From NCBI GenBank assembly GCA_041687955.1, contig JBDNJF010000033.1:5696-69695 (forward strand): 64,000 nt of DNA, given 5' to 3'. Shown here piece after piece: positions 19,163 to 30,085 of the stretch. The position numbers and the translations under genes are program-made. Position 1 is the stretch's first letter; each line of letters begins with the position of its first letter. The notes beneath the pieces are model-generated. The model saw nothing but the letters and a program-made list of their open reading frames with translations. It made no database searches and had not been told where the DNA came from. This stretch comes from Solirubrobacteraceae bacterium. Lineage in GTDB: Bacteria > Actinomycetota > Thermoleophilia > Solirubrobacterales > Solirubrobacteraceae.

Positions 19163-19584
19163 GCTTCGCTGCTAAATGCCGCCTGGTGGGCGGCTATCGC
19201 GCGATCGGCGCGCTCACGGCTAGAGCTGCCGACTAGGCGCCCAAACTGCTCGCGATTTGCGGCGACGAGCTTGTAACCGGCATTTACCGGCCGCGCGAGG
19301 TGGCGCAGCAGCGGCGCCGCGCGAGCAAGCGAAGGCATCGCGGCGGCGATAGGTGCGGCCGCATCACCGCCGGAGAAGAGCTGCCCGTCCGCGTCGATGA
19401 GGTGCGCACTGGCCAGTCGCTGCTCGGGCGCAACGTCAGCCAGCAGCCGCTCGCCTCGTGGCGACTGAATCGCAATTAAGCGCAACCGCTGGTCGCGGTC
19501 AAAGCGCAGCAGCGTCGCGACCGACCAGCGGCAGTAGCCGCACTCTTCGTCGTAGAAGACCAGCAGTGGCGCGTCAGACTGCAA
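19156..19584 (-). CDS. DCC-family thiol-disulfide oxidoreductase (DUF393)
   Basis: LLVFYDEECGYCRWSV N-terminal CxxC motif. Overlaps the sufD stop by 11 nt. Confidence 0.75.
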   Translation of the reverse strand: MQSDAPLLVFYDEECGYCRWSVATLLRFDRDQRLRLIAIQSPRGERLLADVAPEQRLASAHLIDADGQLFSGGDAAAPIAAAMPSLARAAPLLRHLARPVNAGYKLVAANREQFGRLVGSSSRERADRAIAAHQAAFSSEAQ

Positions 19585-20806
19585 GGATTAGCTGCAGGCG
19601 GGCGTCGATTGCGGCGGCCACCGCTTCGCGCACCGGCCCCTGCTCGAAGCGCTCAACCAGTGCGTGAAGGAAGCCTTCAATTATGAGCCTGTGCGCGTCG
19701 GCCTGATCGAGGCCGTGCGAGCGCAGGTAGAAAAGCTGCTCCGGGTCCACTTGGGCGATCGCAGCAGCGTGGGTGCAGCGCACGTCGTTGGCGAGAATCT
19801 CAAGGCCAGGGATAGCGTCGGCGTGGGCCTTGCGGCTGACCAGCAAGTTTCGTGACTCTTGAAAGGCGTCAGTTCGTTGCGCGCCCTCATCAACTTGGAT
19901 CATTCCGCGCCAAACGGCGTGCGAGCGGCCGCCGAGGATTCCGCGAAAGGCTAGGTCGGAGGTCGTGTCCGGGGCGGCGTGCTCCTGCAGCGTGTCGAAG
20001 TCGAGGTGTTGGCGGCCGCGCGTGGCGTAAGCGCCGGTCACGCGCGCATCGGCTCCGGGGCCAGCGAGCTTCGTCTCAAGAAAGATCTTGCCGTTGGCTG
20101 AACCGAAGCCGAGCGTAACCCAATCGAGCGAAGCGTCGCGCTCAATCACGGCGCGCTGCGAGCCGAAGACCCAGCTGCTTTCACTCAAGCCTTGGGCGTC
20201 AACAAAACGTAGGTTTGCGCTTGCACCAACGACCAGCTCGACGACGCCGTTGACGAGCCCTTCAGCTTGATCGTCGGTCGAAAGCGTCTGGTGCCAGATT
20301 TCCGCCTTCGCGCCCTCTTCGAGCACCACCAGTAGGCGCCAGTGCAAGGCGCTGCCAGCAACTTCGTGGACGGTGTTGACGATGATCGGCTCGCTGACCT
20401 CGACGCCCTTTGGAACGTAAACGAGCAGCCCGTCGCTCCAGAGCGCCTCGTTGCGGGCGATCAATGGGCTCTCGGCGTCGGCGACGACGCTGCCAAGGTG
20501 CTTTTCAACGACCTCCGAGTAGCGCTCAGCGGCCAGCGCCAGAGGCATCACGACGGGCGCGCCGGAGCCGGGATCCTCGCTGCTGGCTCGGATTGCCGAC
20601 TCGGCTGGGAGCTCTAACAGAGCTGCGGTGCTCTCCTCATCGCCGGCAGGCGCCGGCGCAAACGAATCTAGCTCAAGCCCTTCGACCGGCGTGAATTCCC
20701 AGCCGGGAACGCCACGGAAGCTCGGCAACTCAAGCGCTGCCAGTGCGGCCGCCGCGGCGGCGCGACGGTCAGCCAGAAATGGTGGTTCGACGACCGCCTG
20801 CGTCAT
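19574..20806 (-). CDS. sufD: Fe-S cluster assembly protein SufD
   Basis: SufBD-family C-terminal region ([14 protein letters not shown]...[19 protein letters not shown]). 4-nt overlap with sufB. Confidence 0.85.
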   Translation of the reverse strand: MTQAVVEPPFLADRRAAAAAALAALELPSFRGVPGWEFTPVEGLELDSFAPAPAGDEESTAALLELPAESAIRASSEDPGSGAPVVMPLALAAERYSEVVEKHLGSVVADAESPLIARNEALWSDGLLVYVPKGVEVSEPIIVNTVHEVAGSALHWRLLVVLEEGAKAEIWHQTLSTDDQAEGLVNGVVELVVGASANLRFVDAQGLSESSWVFGSQRAVIERDASLDWVTLGFGSANGKIFLETKLAGPGADARVTGAYATRGRQHLDFDTLQEHAAPDTTSDLAFRGILGGRSHAVWRGMIQVDEGAQRTDAFQESRNLLVSRKAHADAIPGLEILANDVRCTHAAAIAQVDPEQLFYLRSHGLDQADAHRLIIEGFLHALVERFEQGPVREAVAAAIDARLQLILAV

Positions 20807-22251
20807 CCGATTGAACCTTCCATCTGCAGCTCAATCAGGCGGTTCATCTCAACCGCGTACTCCATCGGCAGCTCCTTGACGATCGGCTCGATGAAGCCAT
20901 TGACGATCAGCTTGCCAGCCTCTTCCTCTGTGATGCCGTGGCTCATCAGGTAGAAGAGCTGTTCGTCGCCGACCTTTGAGACGGTTGCCTCGTGGCCGAC
21001 GTCAACGTCGTCCTCGCCGATGCGGATCGTCGGGTAGGTGTCAGAGCGGCTTTCTTCGTCGAGTAGCAGCGCGTCGCAGACAACTTTCGACTTTGACCCG
21101 CCCGCGCCCTTGGCAACCTCGAGCAGACCGCGGTAGCTGGAGCGGCCGCCGTCCTTCGAGATCGACTTGGCGAAGATGTTTGAGGTCGTGTTTGGAGCGA
21201 CGTGGACGATCTTGCCACCGGCGTCTTGGTGCTGACCTTTGCCGGCGAATGCAATCGAGAGGATCTCGCCGTGGGCGCGCTCACCCATCAGGTAGACGCT
21301 TGGGTACTTCATCGTCAGCTTCGAACCAAGGTTGCAGTCGACCCACTCAACGGTCGCATCTTTCTCCGCAACCGCGCGCTTCGTGACGAGGTTAAAGACG
21401 TTAGTCGACCAGTTCTGAACGGTCGTGTAACGAATCCGCGCGCCCGGCTTGGCGATCAGCTCGACGACGGCCGAGTGCAGTGAATCGCTCGAGTAGGTCG
21501 GCGCCGTGCAGCCCTCAACATAGTGCACGTACGAGCCCTCGTCGGCGATGATGATCGTCCGCTCGAACTGGCCCATGTTCTCGGTATTAATCCGGAAGTA
21601 GGCCTGCAACGGCATCTCAACCTGAACGCCCGGCGGCACATAAACGAACGAGCCGCCCGACCAGACCGCACTGTTCAGCGAGGCCAGCTTGTTGTCGTTG
21701 GCCGGGATGATCGTCGCGAAGTACTCACGCACAAGCTCTTCGTGGTCGCGCAGCGCGGAATCCATGTCGAGGAAGATCACTCCCTGATCCTCAAGGTCCT
21801 TATTGACCTGGTGGTAGACGACCTCCGATTCGTACTGCGCGCCGACGCCGGCTAGGAAGCTGCGCTCGGCCTCTGGAATGCCAAGGCGGTCGAAGGTCTT
21901 CTTAACGTCTTCCGGGACGTCATCCCATGAGCGCTCCGGCTTCTCCGAAGCGCGCACGAAGTAATGGATGTTGTCGAAATCGACCTCGGCCAGCATCGGC
22001 GAGCCCCAGGTAGGCATCTCGCGGGCAAGGAAGTGGTCGAGCGACTTAAGGCGGAACTCGCGCATCCATTGCGGCTCGTTCTTGAACTCGGAGATCTTCT
22101 CGACCAGTTCGCGCGTCAGCCCTTTCGGCGCCTTGAAGAGATAGTTCTCAGCGTCGTGGAAGCCGTAACGCTCGGTGTAGTCGGCGTTGAGGTCCTTTAG
22201 GCCCTCTTCTTCGCTGGTCAGTGGTACGCGGGTCTGGTCTGGAGTGGCCAT
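20803..22251 (-). CDS. sufB: Fe-S cluster assembly protein SufB
   Basis: Highly conserved SufB sequence ([46 protein letters not shown]). Confidence 0.95.
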   Translation of the reverse strand: MATPDQTRVPLTSEEEGLKDLNADYTERYGFHDAENYLFKAPKGLTRELVEKISEFKNEPQWMREFRLKSLDHFLAREMPTWGSPMLAEVDFDNIHYFVRASEKPERSWDDVPEDVKKTFDRLGIPEAERSFLAGVGAQYESEVVYHQVNKDLEDQGVIFLDMDSALRDHEELVREYFATIIPANDNKLASLNSAVWSGGSFVYVPPGVQVEMPLQAYFRINTENMGQFERTIIIADEGSYVHYVEGCTAPTYSSDSLHSAVVELIAKPGARIRYTTVQNWSTNVFNLVTKRAVAEKDATVEWVDCNLGSKLTMKYPSVYLMGERAHGEILSIAFAGKGQHQDAGGKIVHVAPNTTSNIFAKSISKDGGRSSYRGLLEVAKGAGGSKSKVVCDALLLDEESRSDTYPTIRIGEDDVDVGHEATVSKVGDEQLFYLMSHGITEEEAGKLIVNGFIEPIVKELPMEYAVEMNRLIELQMEGSIG

Positions 22252-22253
22252 TT

Positions 22254-22571
22254 TCAGTCAACCTCGATCTTGATTAGTCCGTCTTCAATTACGACGGAGA
22301 ATGTTTCTACAGGAATGTACGCGGGAAGTGTCATTGGAGTACCAGTGTGAAGGTCAAAGATGGCGCCGTGGCGCGGGCATTCGATCGTGCAGTCCTCGGC
22401 GTTGAGAATGCCTTCGGCGAGCGGAGCGCCATCGTGCGAGCAGCGGTCTTCCATCGCAAGAATCTCACCATCGCAGTTGAAAACGCCGATCTGGTCGCCT
22501 TCCCACTCGACGATCCGGCAGCCTCCAGCCTCAAGCTGATCAACTTTGCATACATCAATCAGCGAGCTCAT
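22254..22571 (-). CDS. Rieske [2Fe-2S] ferredoxin-like protein
   Basis: CSHDGAPL...CPRHGAIFD Rieske ligands. Start at ATG 22571 forms ATGA with the sufU stop. The longer listed ORF is an upstream extension. Confidence 0.8.
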   Translation of the reverse strand: MSSLIDVCKVDQLEAGGCRIVEWEGDQIGVFNCDGEILAMEDRCSHDGAPLAEGILNAEDCTIECPRHGAIFDLHTGTPMTLPAYIPVETFSVVIEDGLIKIEVD

Positions 22572-22999
22572 AGCTGCGAATCCCCAGCCAGCTGGACGGC
22601 GTTTGCGGTATCCGGCTCCCAATCGGCGAGCGTGCCGATCGCAGCACTCTTGAGCACCTTCAGCGAAAGCAGCGCGCACTTCATCCGCGTCGCCGAAATG
22701 TCGATCCCAAGCAGCTCGAGAATTGCGCTGCGGTCGAGCCGAGCGAGGTCGTCGAGCTTCATGCCGTTGATCTCGTCGGAGATCATTGAGGCCGAGGCTT
22801 GGCTGATCGCGCAGCCATGGCCTTCAAAGCGAACCTCTTCAACGACGTCGTTGTCGTCGACTTTGAGCATCACGCGCAACTCGTCGCCGCAAAGCGGGTT
22901 GGTGTCGAAGGCCTCACGATCAGGGCTCTCCATCGGCCCGAAGTTGTGCGGGCGCTTGTAATGCTGGAGGATCTCCTCGCGGTAGAGCGCGTCGTCCAT
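22568..22999 (-). CDS. sufU: SUF-system Fe-S scaffold SufU (NifU/IscU-like)
   Basis: YREEILQHYKRPHNFG, NPLCGD, GHGCAISQASASM, C-terminal MKCALL. Confidence 0.9.
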   Translation of the reverse strand: MDDALYREEILQHYKRPHNFGPMESPDREAFDTNPLCGDELRVMLKVDDNDVVEEVRFEGHGCAISQASASMISDEINGMKLDDLARLDRSAILELLGIDISATRMKCALLSLKVLKSAAIGTLADWEPDTANAVQLAGDSQL

Positions 23000-24222
23000 T
23001 AGCTCTCTCCAAAGATCTCTATTACGCGGCCGAGGCTGTCGACGAGCGCGTCGACGTCGTCGGTTGAGTTGTGGACGGCGAACGAAGCACGCGTCGTCGC
23101 GCCAAGGCCGAGCTTCTTCATCAGCGGCTGCGTGCAGTGGTGGCCAGCGCGGACGCAGACCTGGTCGCGGCCGAGGATCTCAGCGACGTCGTGCGGGTGG
23201 GCACAGTCGAGCGTGAAGCTGACTAGGCCGCCGCGCTGATGCGCCTGCGGCGGACCTTGAATCGTCAGGCCGGGAATGGTCTGCAGCGCGCTCAGAGCGT
23301 AGGCCGTGATCGCCTGCTCATGAGCGCGAACGCGGTCGATTCCAAGGCTAGCGAGGAAGCCGACTGCGGCGCCAAGCCCGACGGTTTCGGCGATCGGCGG
23401 CGTGCCGGCTTCAAACTTAAATGGCAGCTCGTTGAAGGTTGTATCGTCGAAGCTGACGGTCTTGATCATGTCGCCGCCGGTCAGGAATGGCGGCATCGCT
23501 TCGAGCAGCTCGCGGCGGCCGTGGAGTAGGCCAATCCCGGTCGGGCCATAAACCTTGTGGCCGGTCCAGACGTAAAAATCGGCGCCGATCGCGTCGACGT
23601 CGACGGCCATTTGAGGAACCGCTTGGCTGCCGTCGATCAGGGTTGCGGCGCCAGCTGCACGGGCGCGAGCGACGATCTCTTCGACCGGGTTGATCGTGCC
23701 GAGGACGTTTGAGCAGTGCGTGACGGCGACCATTTTTACAAGCCCATCGCTGAGAAACTCGTCTAGCTGATCGAGGCTGATCATTCCTTCGTCGTCAACT
23801 TCGAGCCAGCGCAGCTCGGCGCCAACTTGGCTGCAGAGCTGCTGCCAAGGAACGATGTTCGAGTGGTGCTCAGCCTCGGTGAGAACGATTGCGTCACCAG
23901 CGCCGACGTTGCCCGGCCCCCATGAGTAGCGCACGAGGTTGATCGCCTCGGTTGCGTTCTTTGTGATGATCGTCTCGGCCGGCTGAGCGCCAACGAAGGC
24001 TGCGATCTGATCGCGGGCGATCTTGAAGCGGGTGTCGGCGTCTATCGCCAGCGGGTAGACGCCGCGGTGAACGTTGGCGTTGTGATGGGCGAGAAAGTCC
24101 TCGAGTGCATCGAGCACGACGCGCGGCTTCTGCGATGTGGCGGCGCTGTCGAGATAGACCAGCCCCTCCTGCTCGAGGATTGGAAAGTCGAGTGCAAGCG
24201 CGGTGTGCGAAGCCGTCGTCAT
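22999..24222 (-). CDS. sufS: cysteine desulfurase SufS
   Basis: YLDSAATSQKP, HHSN, TGHKVYGPTGIG (PLP Lys), RAGHHCTQPL active-site Cys. Confidence 0.9.
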   Translation of the reverse strand: MTTASHTALALDFPILEQEGLVYLDSAATSQKPRVVLDALEDFLAHHNANVHRGVYPLAIDADTRFKIARDQIAAFVGAQPAETIITKNATEAINLVRYSWGPGNVGAGDAIVLTEAEHHSNIVPWQQLCSQVGAELRWLEVDDEGMISLDQLDEFLSDGLVKMVAVTHCSNVLGTINPVEEIVARARAAGAATLIDGSQAVPQMAVDVDAIGADFYVWTGHKVYGPTGIGLLHGRRELLEAMPPFLTGGDMIKTVSFDDTTFNELPFKFEAGTPPIAETVGLGAAVGFLASLGIDRVRAHEQAITAYALSALQTIPGLTIQGPPQAHQRGGLVSFTLDCAHPHDVAEILGRDQVCVRAGHHCTQPLMKKLGLGATTRASFAVHNSTDDVDALVDSLGRVIEIFGES

Positions 24223-25001
24223 CAGCTAGTCGCCGGCTCCACGAGTTCGCTATCGCCTGTAATCCAGCCGTAGCCTTCGCTCTCGAGCTGGTCAACGAGC
24301 TCCGGCCCACCTTCCTTGACGATTTTGCCGTCGGAGATGATCGAAACGCGGGCTGGCTCAACGAGGCGCAGAATGCGCTGGTAGTGGGTGATGATCAGCA
24401 CGCCCATGCCGCTCTGCGCGCTGACCGTATTGACGCCTTCGGCGACGATGTTGAGCGCGTCGATGTCGAGCCCTGAATCGGTCTCGTCGAGGATCGCGAC
24501 GTTCGGCTTCTGTAGCGCCATTTGCAGAATCTCGAGCCTTTTCTTCTCGCCGCCCGAGAAGCCATCGTTGAGGTAGCGCTTTGAGAACTCACGCTTTACG
24601 TCGGTCATCTCCATTGCGTCCTCGACTACTTGGCGGAACTCTTTGAGCGAAATCTCATCCTCTCCGCTCGCCTGGCGGTGGGCGTTGATCACCATCCGCA
24701 AGTACTTCGTGACGGTGACGCCGGGGATCGCAACCGGGTACTGGAAGGCCATGAACAGGCCGAGTCGTGAGCGCTCGTCGGGCGAGGCTTCAGTTATGTC
24801 CTCGCCGCGGAAGACGATCTGCCCATCCGTCACCTCAAGCGCCGGATTGCCCATGATCACATTGGCTAGCGTGCTTTTGCCCGACCCGTTGGGGCCCATC
24901 AGGGCATGAACCTCTCCGGCTTCGACGGTCAGGTCGACCCCTCTAAGGATCTCCTTCTCGCCGACGCTTACGTGCAGATTGCTGATCTCTAGTTCGGGCA
25001 T
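24222..25001 (-). CDS. sufC: Fe-S cluster assembly ATPase SufC
   Basis: Walker A GPNGSGKST, signature FSGGEKKR, Walker B ILDETDSGLD. Confidence 0.95.
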   Translation of the reverse strand: MPELEISNLHVSVGEKEILRGVDLTVEAGEVHALMGPNGSGKSTLANVIMGNPALEVTDGQIVFRGEDITEASPDERSRLGLFMAFQYPVAIPGVTVTKYLRMVINAHRQASGEDEISLKEFRQVVEDAMEMTDVKREFSKRYLNDGFSGGEKKRLEILQMALQKPNVAILDETDSGLDIDALNIVAEGVNTVSAQSGMGVLIITHYQRILRLVEPARVSIISDGKIVKEGGPELVDQLESEGYGWITGDSELVEPATS

Positions 25002-25032
25002 AATCTCCGGTCGTACTTAGTGGTTTAAATTT

Positions 25033-25527
25033 TTAGGCGTTGCTGTGTAGCGGCAAAGCGTTTCCGAGTGGTAGTGGTGTCTCAGTTACGTCCTGCTTGG
25101 CCGAAAAGGCCACCAGTTCGGCTAGCGTCGTGCGGCGCAGCGCCTCGATTACGCCGCCTTGAACTCGCAGCCAAAGGAACTTCGTCGCGCAGGCTTCACC
25201 GTCGTCAACGTGCGAGCAGAGCACGCGCCCATCGTCGCTTTCATCAACAAAGCAGGACATCGGCGCGACCGAACCTTCAAGTGCCAAAACCACCTCATCC
25301 ATCGTCACGCTCTCTGGGTCGCGGGCTAGCCGATAGCCGCCGTGGGCGCCGCGAGTGCTTTCGACAAGGTTGGCGCGTTTAAGCAGCGCGACGATCCGTT
25401 CTAGGTAAGCCAGTGGCAGCCCTTCGTTTTCAGCGATCGCTTTCAGCGAGACCGGTGAGTCGCTTGGCTGGCGGCCAAGCTCAACCAAGAGTCGCACGCC
25501 ATATTCAGCTTTAGTGGTGAAGATCAT
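25033..25527 (-). CDS. Rrf2-family transcriptional regulator (IscR/SufR-like)
   Basis: Rrf2 N-terminal wHTH (TKAEYGVRLLVELG...ISLKAIAENEGLPLAYLERIVALLKRANLV.STRGAHGGYRLAR) plus three Cys in the C-terminal half. First gene of the suf operon. Confidence 0.85.
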   Translation of the reverse strand: MIFTTKAEYGVRLLVELGRQPSDSPVSLKAIAENEGLPLAYLERIVALLKRANLVESTRGAHGGYRLARDPESVTMDEVVLALEGSVAPMSCFVDESDDGRVLCSHVDDGEACATKFLWLRVQGGVIEALRRTTLAELVAFSAKQDVTETPLPLGNALPLHSNA

Positions 25528-25539
25528 TGTTTAATCCTA

Positions 25540-25550
25540 CCAATTTGGTC
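25540..25550. promoter_or_regulatory. perfect inverted repeat ACCAA-T-TTGGT upstream of the Rrf2 regulator (candidate operator)
   Basis: The palindrome was read directly from the sequence, 13 nt upstream of the Rrf2 start codon. An operator role is inference only. Confidence 0.25.
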
Positions 25551-25579
25551 GGAGAAGCCCGGGGGCTGATCTGACGGCT

Positions 25580-26206
25580 TCAGGACGCGGCCAGCGCAGC
25601 TCTACCGATCAGCAGCGGTTTGACGATCTTCGGTGCTTTGGGAAAGCGCCCAAGTTCGGCTTCTTCGATCGTCAGAGGTGAGGCTTCAATCGTCGCCAGC
25701 GTGTCGCGATTGCAGTTACAGCCACCCGAGGCTCGGCGCCAAAGCGGTGCCCAGCGATCCTGCATGCGGGCGTGGTCTTGATCGGTGCTGCGGACGTGCT
25801 CGAGGAAGAGATAATGGCCGCCGGGGCGAAGCACGCGGGCAATCTCGGCCAGCGCCGCGGGTGGGCTACTTGCCTCGCAGAGCACCAGCGTCCCGGTCAC
25901 GCAATCGAAGCTGGCGTCCTCGAACGGCAGCTGCTCAGCACTGGCAGCCACGACTTCGATCGCTAGCGGCGCTTCCGCGCTACGCGCCTGCAGCTGGCGG
26001 CTCATCGCAGCGTTGGGCTCACTGCAAACCAGCCGCGTGATTCCCTCGCGCGGGTACTCGGCCAAGTTGAGGCCGGTTCCTGCGCCAATTTCCAGTACCT
26101 CCCCGCTCGCCTGCGCCAATGCCTCGCGGCGCTTAGCGGCAAGCCCGGCCTGCTGGCTGGCTCCCATCAGGCAGCGGTCGTAGATCCGGGCGGTAAAACG
26201 GTTCAT
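25580..26206 (-). CDS. class I SAM-dependent methyltransferase
   Basis: VLEIGAGTGLNL motif I, LRPGGHYLFLEH. Confidence 0.75.
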   Translation of the reverse strand: MNRFTARIYDRCLMGASQQAGLAAKRREALAQASGEVLEIGAGTGLNLAEYPREGITRLVCSEPNAAMSRQLQARSAEAPLAIEVVAASAEQLPFEDASFDCVTGTLVLCEASSPPAALAEIARVLRPGGHYLFLEHVRSTDQDHARMQDRWAPLWRRASGGCNCNRDTLATIEASPLTIEEAELGRFPKAPKIVKPLLIGRAALAAS

Positions 26207-26256
26207 TACGGCAACCCTAGCGGCAGGTCGCGGCAGCGGAGCGGTGCGCTATTCTC

Positions 26257-26442
26257 GTGCACATGGTGCTCGCAATCAGTAACGCGCTGGCGATTGACAT
26301 CGGCCTGATCGGCGTCTTCTTCGTGCTTTTCCCAGCGCTCGTGACCGTGCTGCTGAGCCTTGCTGGCGCTGGGGTCTACGTCGAGAAGCAACAGAACGAC
26401 GCCTACCTCGAGCAGCACCGCATTCCCGGCAGCGAGCTTTAG
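26257..26442 (+). CDS. small hydrophobic (membrane) protein, about 60 aa
   Basis: The third-codon-position G/C bias strongly favours this frame over the antisense ORF at 26206-26418. Two hydrophobic stretches. Ends 5 nt before the next gene. Confidence 0.45.
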   Translation: MHMVLAISNALAIDIGLIGVFFVLFPALVTVLLSLAGAGVYVEKQQNDAYLEQHRIPGSEL

Positions 26443-26447
26443 CGCTG

Positions 26448-27347
26448 GTGGCCAAGCCTGTCGCGCTGATTAGCGGCGGAGCGCGCGGCATCGGGTTTGC
26501 AGCCGCACGCCGGCTAGCCAGCGACCACCGAATTGCGCTGCTTGACCTTGACGCCGAGGCACTCCAGCAGGCCGCGGCCCGCTGCGGCGCTGACACAATC
26601 ACCGCCGTCTGCGACATCACCGACCAAGCCCAGGTCGACGCCGCGGTCGCCCATGTCGTCGCCGAGGCGGGCGGCATCGACGTCGTCTTCTCAAACGCTG
26701 GGATTGGCGGCGGCGGATCGCTGCGACTGCTCGACCCTGATGTGCTGGCGGCGATCATCAACGTCAACCTGATTGGCAACTGGCGCCTTATCCATTCTGC
26801 TCTCCCGTACCTCGTTGAGCGGCGTGGCTACGTCATTGCCAACGCTTCCGCCTCAGCGCTGATGCCTGCGCTGGGTATTGGCGCTTACGCCTCGAGCAAG
26901 GCAGCACTTGAGCACCTGATGAACGTCCTGCGCAGCGAGGTCGCCCACCTCGGCGTCGATGTAGGCGTCTCCTACTTCTGGTTCGTTGGCACCGACATGG
27001 TTGAAGGTGCTGAGCGTGAGATGGGCCGCGTTGGCGGGCTTCGCAGCGAGATGCCGGGCCTCTTGAAAGGGATTGTCAGCGTCGAGACGGTCGGGCAGCT
27101 GCTTGCCGACGGAATCCGCTCGCGTGCGCGGCGCGTAGTAGCGCCGCGCTGGGTCACCCCGATCTTCTATTTACGCGGGATGATCGGCGGGCTGATCGAA
27201 CGCGGCACCTCGAAGCTCGCCGCCGATCTCGACGAAGCGACAGCCGAGCGGATCGCCGAGGAGGGCAGCTTCGCCGCTGCCTTTCGCAGCACGCAGGCAG
27301 GCCATCGCGCGGCCGCAGGCAGCGTCGGCCAGCCGCTCGGCGACTGA
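26448..27347 (+). CDS. SDR-family oxidoreductase
   Basis: ALISGGARGIGFAAARRLA, NAGIG, YASSKAAL. Confidence 0.8.
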   Translation: MAKPVALISGGARGIGFAAARRLASDHRIALLDLDAEALQQAAARCGADTITAVCDITDQAQVDAAVAHVVAEAGGIDVVFSNAGIGGGGSLRLLDPDVLAAIINVNLIGNWRLIHSALPYLVERRGYVIANASASALMPALGIGAYASSKAALEHLMNVLRSEVAHLGVDVGVSYFWFVGTDMVEGAEREMGRVGGLRSEMPGLLKGIVSVETVGQLLADGIRSRARRVVAPRWVTPIFYLRGMIGGLIERGTSKLAADLDEATAERIAEEGSFAAAFRSTQAGHRAAAGSVGQPLGD

Positions 27348-27350
27348 GCT

Positions 27351-28994
27351 CTAGACCGGGCGCTTCTGCGATGCGCGGTAGCGGCGCGCCAAAGAATTTG
27401 TTGAGCTGTCGTGCTGAAGGTCCGGCTTTTCAGCGTCCATCAGCTGATCGGCGAGCGTCCCAGCAAGCACCTTGCCTAGCTCCACGCCCCACTGATCGAA
27501 CGAGTCGATCCCCCAGAGCACGCCTTCCGTGAAGGCGCGGTGCTCATAGAGCGCGACCAGAGTGCCCAGCGCGCGAGGCGTTAGCTGACCGTCGATCAGC
27601 AGCGTCGTCGAGGGCCGGTCGCCAAGGCAGATTCGCGCTGGGATCTGCTCTTCCGGGCTGCCGGCGGCGCGCAGCGTGTCGGCATCGCGGCCGAAAGCGA
27701 GCGCCTCGGCCTGAGCAAACATGTTCGCCATCAGTAGATCGTGGTGGGCGCCGAGCGGGTAGATCGGGTCGCAGAAGCCGATGAACTCGGTCGGGACGAT
27801 CTCCGTTCCCTGATGAATCATTTGGTAGAAGGCATGCTGGCCGTTGGTGCCGGGCTCGCCCCAGAAGACGGCCGCCGTATCCCAACCGACTGGATCGCCG
27901 TTGAGCATCACGTGCTTGCCGTTCGACTCCATTTCAAGCTGCTGCAAATAAGCCGGGAAGCGCGCCATCTCAGCCACGTAAGGGAGAATCGCGACGGTCG
28001 GCAGACTCAGCAAGTTGCGGTTCCAGACGCCAATCAGACCCATCAGCACCGGCATGTTCTCCTCCAGTGGAGCGCTGCCCAGGTGCTCGTCGACGGCATG
28101 GAAGCCAGCCAGCATGTCGGCGAAGTTCGCGCGCCCAATTGCGCACATGATCGTCAGGCCGACCGAGCTGTCCATCGAGTAGCGGCCGCCAACCCAATCC
28201 CAAAAGCCGAACATATTGTCGGTGTTGATGCCAAACTTCGCTACGCCTTCAGCGTTCGTTGAAACGGCGACAAAGTGGTGCTCAACCGAATCCTCACCGA
28301 GCGCGTCAACAATCCAATCACGCGCCGTGGCGGCGTTGGTCAGCGTCTCCAGCGTGACGAATGTTTTCGAGACAATGATGAATAGCGTCTCTTCAGGGTC
28401 GAGGTCGAGTGTCTTCTCGGCGAAGTCGCTGCCGTCAACGTTGGAGACGAAGCGGAACTTCATCGCGCGGTCGCTGTAGTGCGCGAGCGCGATCGTCGCC
28501 ATCTCAGGCCCAAGGTGCGAGCCGCCAATGCCGATGTTGACGACGTTGCGAATCGGCTTGCCGGTTGCACCCTTCCACTGACCGGAGCGAATCTTGTCGG
28601 TGAAGTCGCCCATCCGGTCCAGAACCTCATGAACCTGATCGACGACGTTGACGCCGTCAACGATGATCTCTTCACCCTTCGGCGCTCGCAGCGCCAAGTG
28701 CAGCACCGAGCGATCCTCGGAGACGTTGATCGCCTCGCCAGCAAACATCGCCTTGATCCGCTCTTCGATCCCCGCCTCACGGGCGCAGGCAATTAGCAGC
28801 TTGATCGACTCTGGGTCGGCGAGCTGCTTGGAGTAGTCGTAGTGGTAACCGTCGAAATCGACTGACATCTCGTCGGCGCGTGAAGCGTCAGCTTCAAACA
28901 TTGCGGCGAGGCTCCGCCCGCTGAGCTCAGCGGCATTGGCTTTTAGTGCCGCCCACGAGGGAAGCTCGTCGAGGCGTGTCTGCTTGATCTCCAT
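27351..28994 (-). CDS. pgi: glucose-6-phosphate isomerase
   Basis: IGIGGSHLGP, FWDWVGGRYS, ESNGK, GEPGTNGQHAFYQ. Start at ATG 28994 (MEIKQT); the longer ORF overlaps tal. Confidence 0.9.
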   Translation of the reverse strand: MEIKQTRLDELPSWAALKANAAELSGRSLAAMFEADASRADEMSVDFDGYHYDYSKQLADPESIKLLIACAREAGIEERIKAMFAGEAINVSEDRSVLHLALRAPKGEEIIVDGVNVVDQVHEVLDRMGDFTDKIRSGQWKGATGKPIRNVVNIGIGGSHLGPEMATIALAHYSDRAMKFRFVSNVDGSDFAEKTLDLDPEETLFIIVSKTFVTLETLTNAATARDWIVDALGEDSVEHHFVAVSTNAEGVAKFGINTDNMFGFWDWVGGRYSMDSSVGLTIMCAIGRANFADMLAGFHAVDEHLGSAPLEENMPVLMGLIGVWNRNLLSLPTVAILPYVAEMARFPAYLQQLEMESNGKHVMLNGDPVGWDTAAVFWGEPGTNGQHAFYQMIHQGTEIVPTEFIGFCDPIYPLGAHHDLLMANMFAQAEALAFGRDADTLRAAGSPEEQIPARICLGDRPSTTLLIDGQLTPRALGTLVALYEHRAFTEGVLWGIDSFDQWGVELGKVLAGTLADQLMDAEKPDLQHDSSTNSLARRYRASQKRPV

Positions 28995-28999
28995 GCTCG

Positions 29000-30085
29000 C
29001 TACTTCCCTGCGAGTGCTGAACGCTTCGTGCTGATCGCTTCGATCAGCGTTGTCCACGAGTTCACAAACGAGCTTGCGCCGTCGCTTTGAAGCTTCGCGG
29101 CAAGGGCGCCTAGATCAACTCCGGCGGCCTCAAACTCGCCTAGAACCTCTTCACAGTCACCCCCGTCCGGGTTCATCACGACGACCGGCGCTGGGCCGTG
29201 GTCGCCGTAGTCGAGCAGCGTTCCCTCAGGCATCGTGTTGACGGTGTAAGGGGCCGCGAGCCCCGCAATGTAGAGAACATCTGAGGCCTCCGGATCCTTT
29301 GTTCCGGTGCTTGCCCAGAGCAGCCGCTGCGGCCGCGCGCCTTCGTTCATCAGGCTCTGGACGCGCTCCGACGCGAGCAGGTCGCGGTAGTCGCGGTAGG
29401 CGCGGCCACCGATTGCTAGGCCAAGCTTGTCCTTCAGATTGCTTGGCACTTGATCGGCCACGGCGACGTCCCAGCGGCTCATGAAAAGCGAGGCGACCGA
29501 CTGGATGTTCGGTGAGAGGCCATCGGCCACGCGGCGCTCAAGGCCGCTGTAATAAGCGTCAGCGGCGGCCAACGCGTGAGCGCTATCAAAGAGCAGCGTC
29601 ACATTTACTGGAATGCCGGCGTGGATTGCAGCACTGATCGCCGGCAGCCCCTCAGGCGTTCCGGGAATCTTGATGAAGACGTTGGAGCGGTCAACCTTTG
29701 CGTGCAGCTCCTTCGCTTGAGCGACGGTTGCGTCGGTGTCGTAGGCGAGCTCGGGCGAAACTTCGAGCGAGACGAAGCCGTCGAGGTTGTCGGTTCGCTC
29801 GTGAATGTCGCCAAAGAGATCGGCGGCGCGCTGGAGGTCCGCGATCGCGACCTCAAAGAAGACCTGCTCGTCGGTCATTTCGCTGCCGTGGAAGCTGTGG
29901 ACCTGTTCGTCGTAGCTGTCGCCGCCGGTGATCGCCTTCTCGAAGATCGTCGGGTTTGAGGTCAGCCCGGTCACGCTCAGCTCAGCGATGTACTTCGCCA
30001 GCGTGCCCTCGTCAAGCAGGGTCCGCGTGATGTTGTCTAGCCAGAGGCTCTGGCCCGCTTCGTGGAGGGCCTGTGTCGCTTTCAT
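29000..30085 (-). CDS. tal: transaldolase (long actinobacterial type)
   Basis: [30 protein letters not shown]. Confidence 0.9.
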   Translation of the reverse strand: MKATQALHEAGQSLWLDNITRTLLDEGTLAKYIAELSVTGLTSNPTIFEKAITGGDSYDEQVHSFHGSEMTDEQVFFEVAIADLQRAADLFGDIHERTDNLDGFVSLEVSPELAYDTDATVAQAKELHAKVDRSNVFIKIPGTPEGLPAISAAIHAGIPVNVTLLFDSAHALAAADAYYSGLERRVADGLSPNIQSVASLFMSRWDVAVADQVPSNLKDKLGLAIGGRAYRDYRDLLASERVQSLMNEGARPQRLLWASTGTKDPEASDVLYIAGLAAPYTVNTMPEGTLLDYGDHGPAPVVVMNPDGGDCEEVLGEFEAAGVDLGALAAKLQSDGASSFVNSWTTLIEAISTKRSALAGK

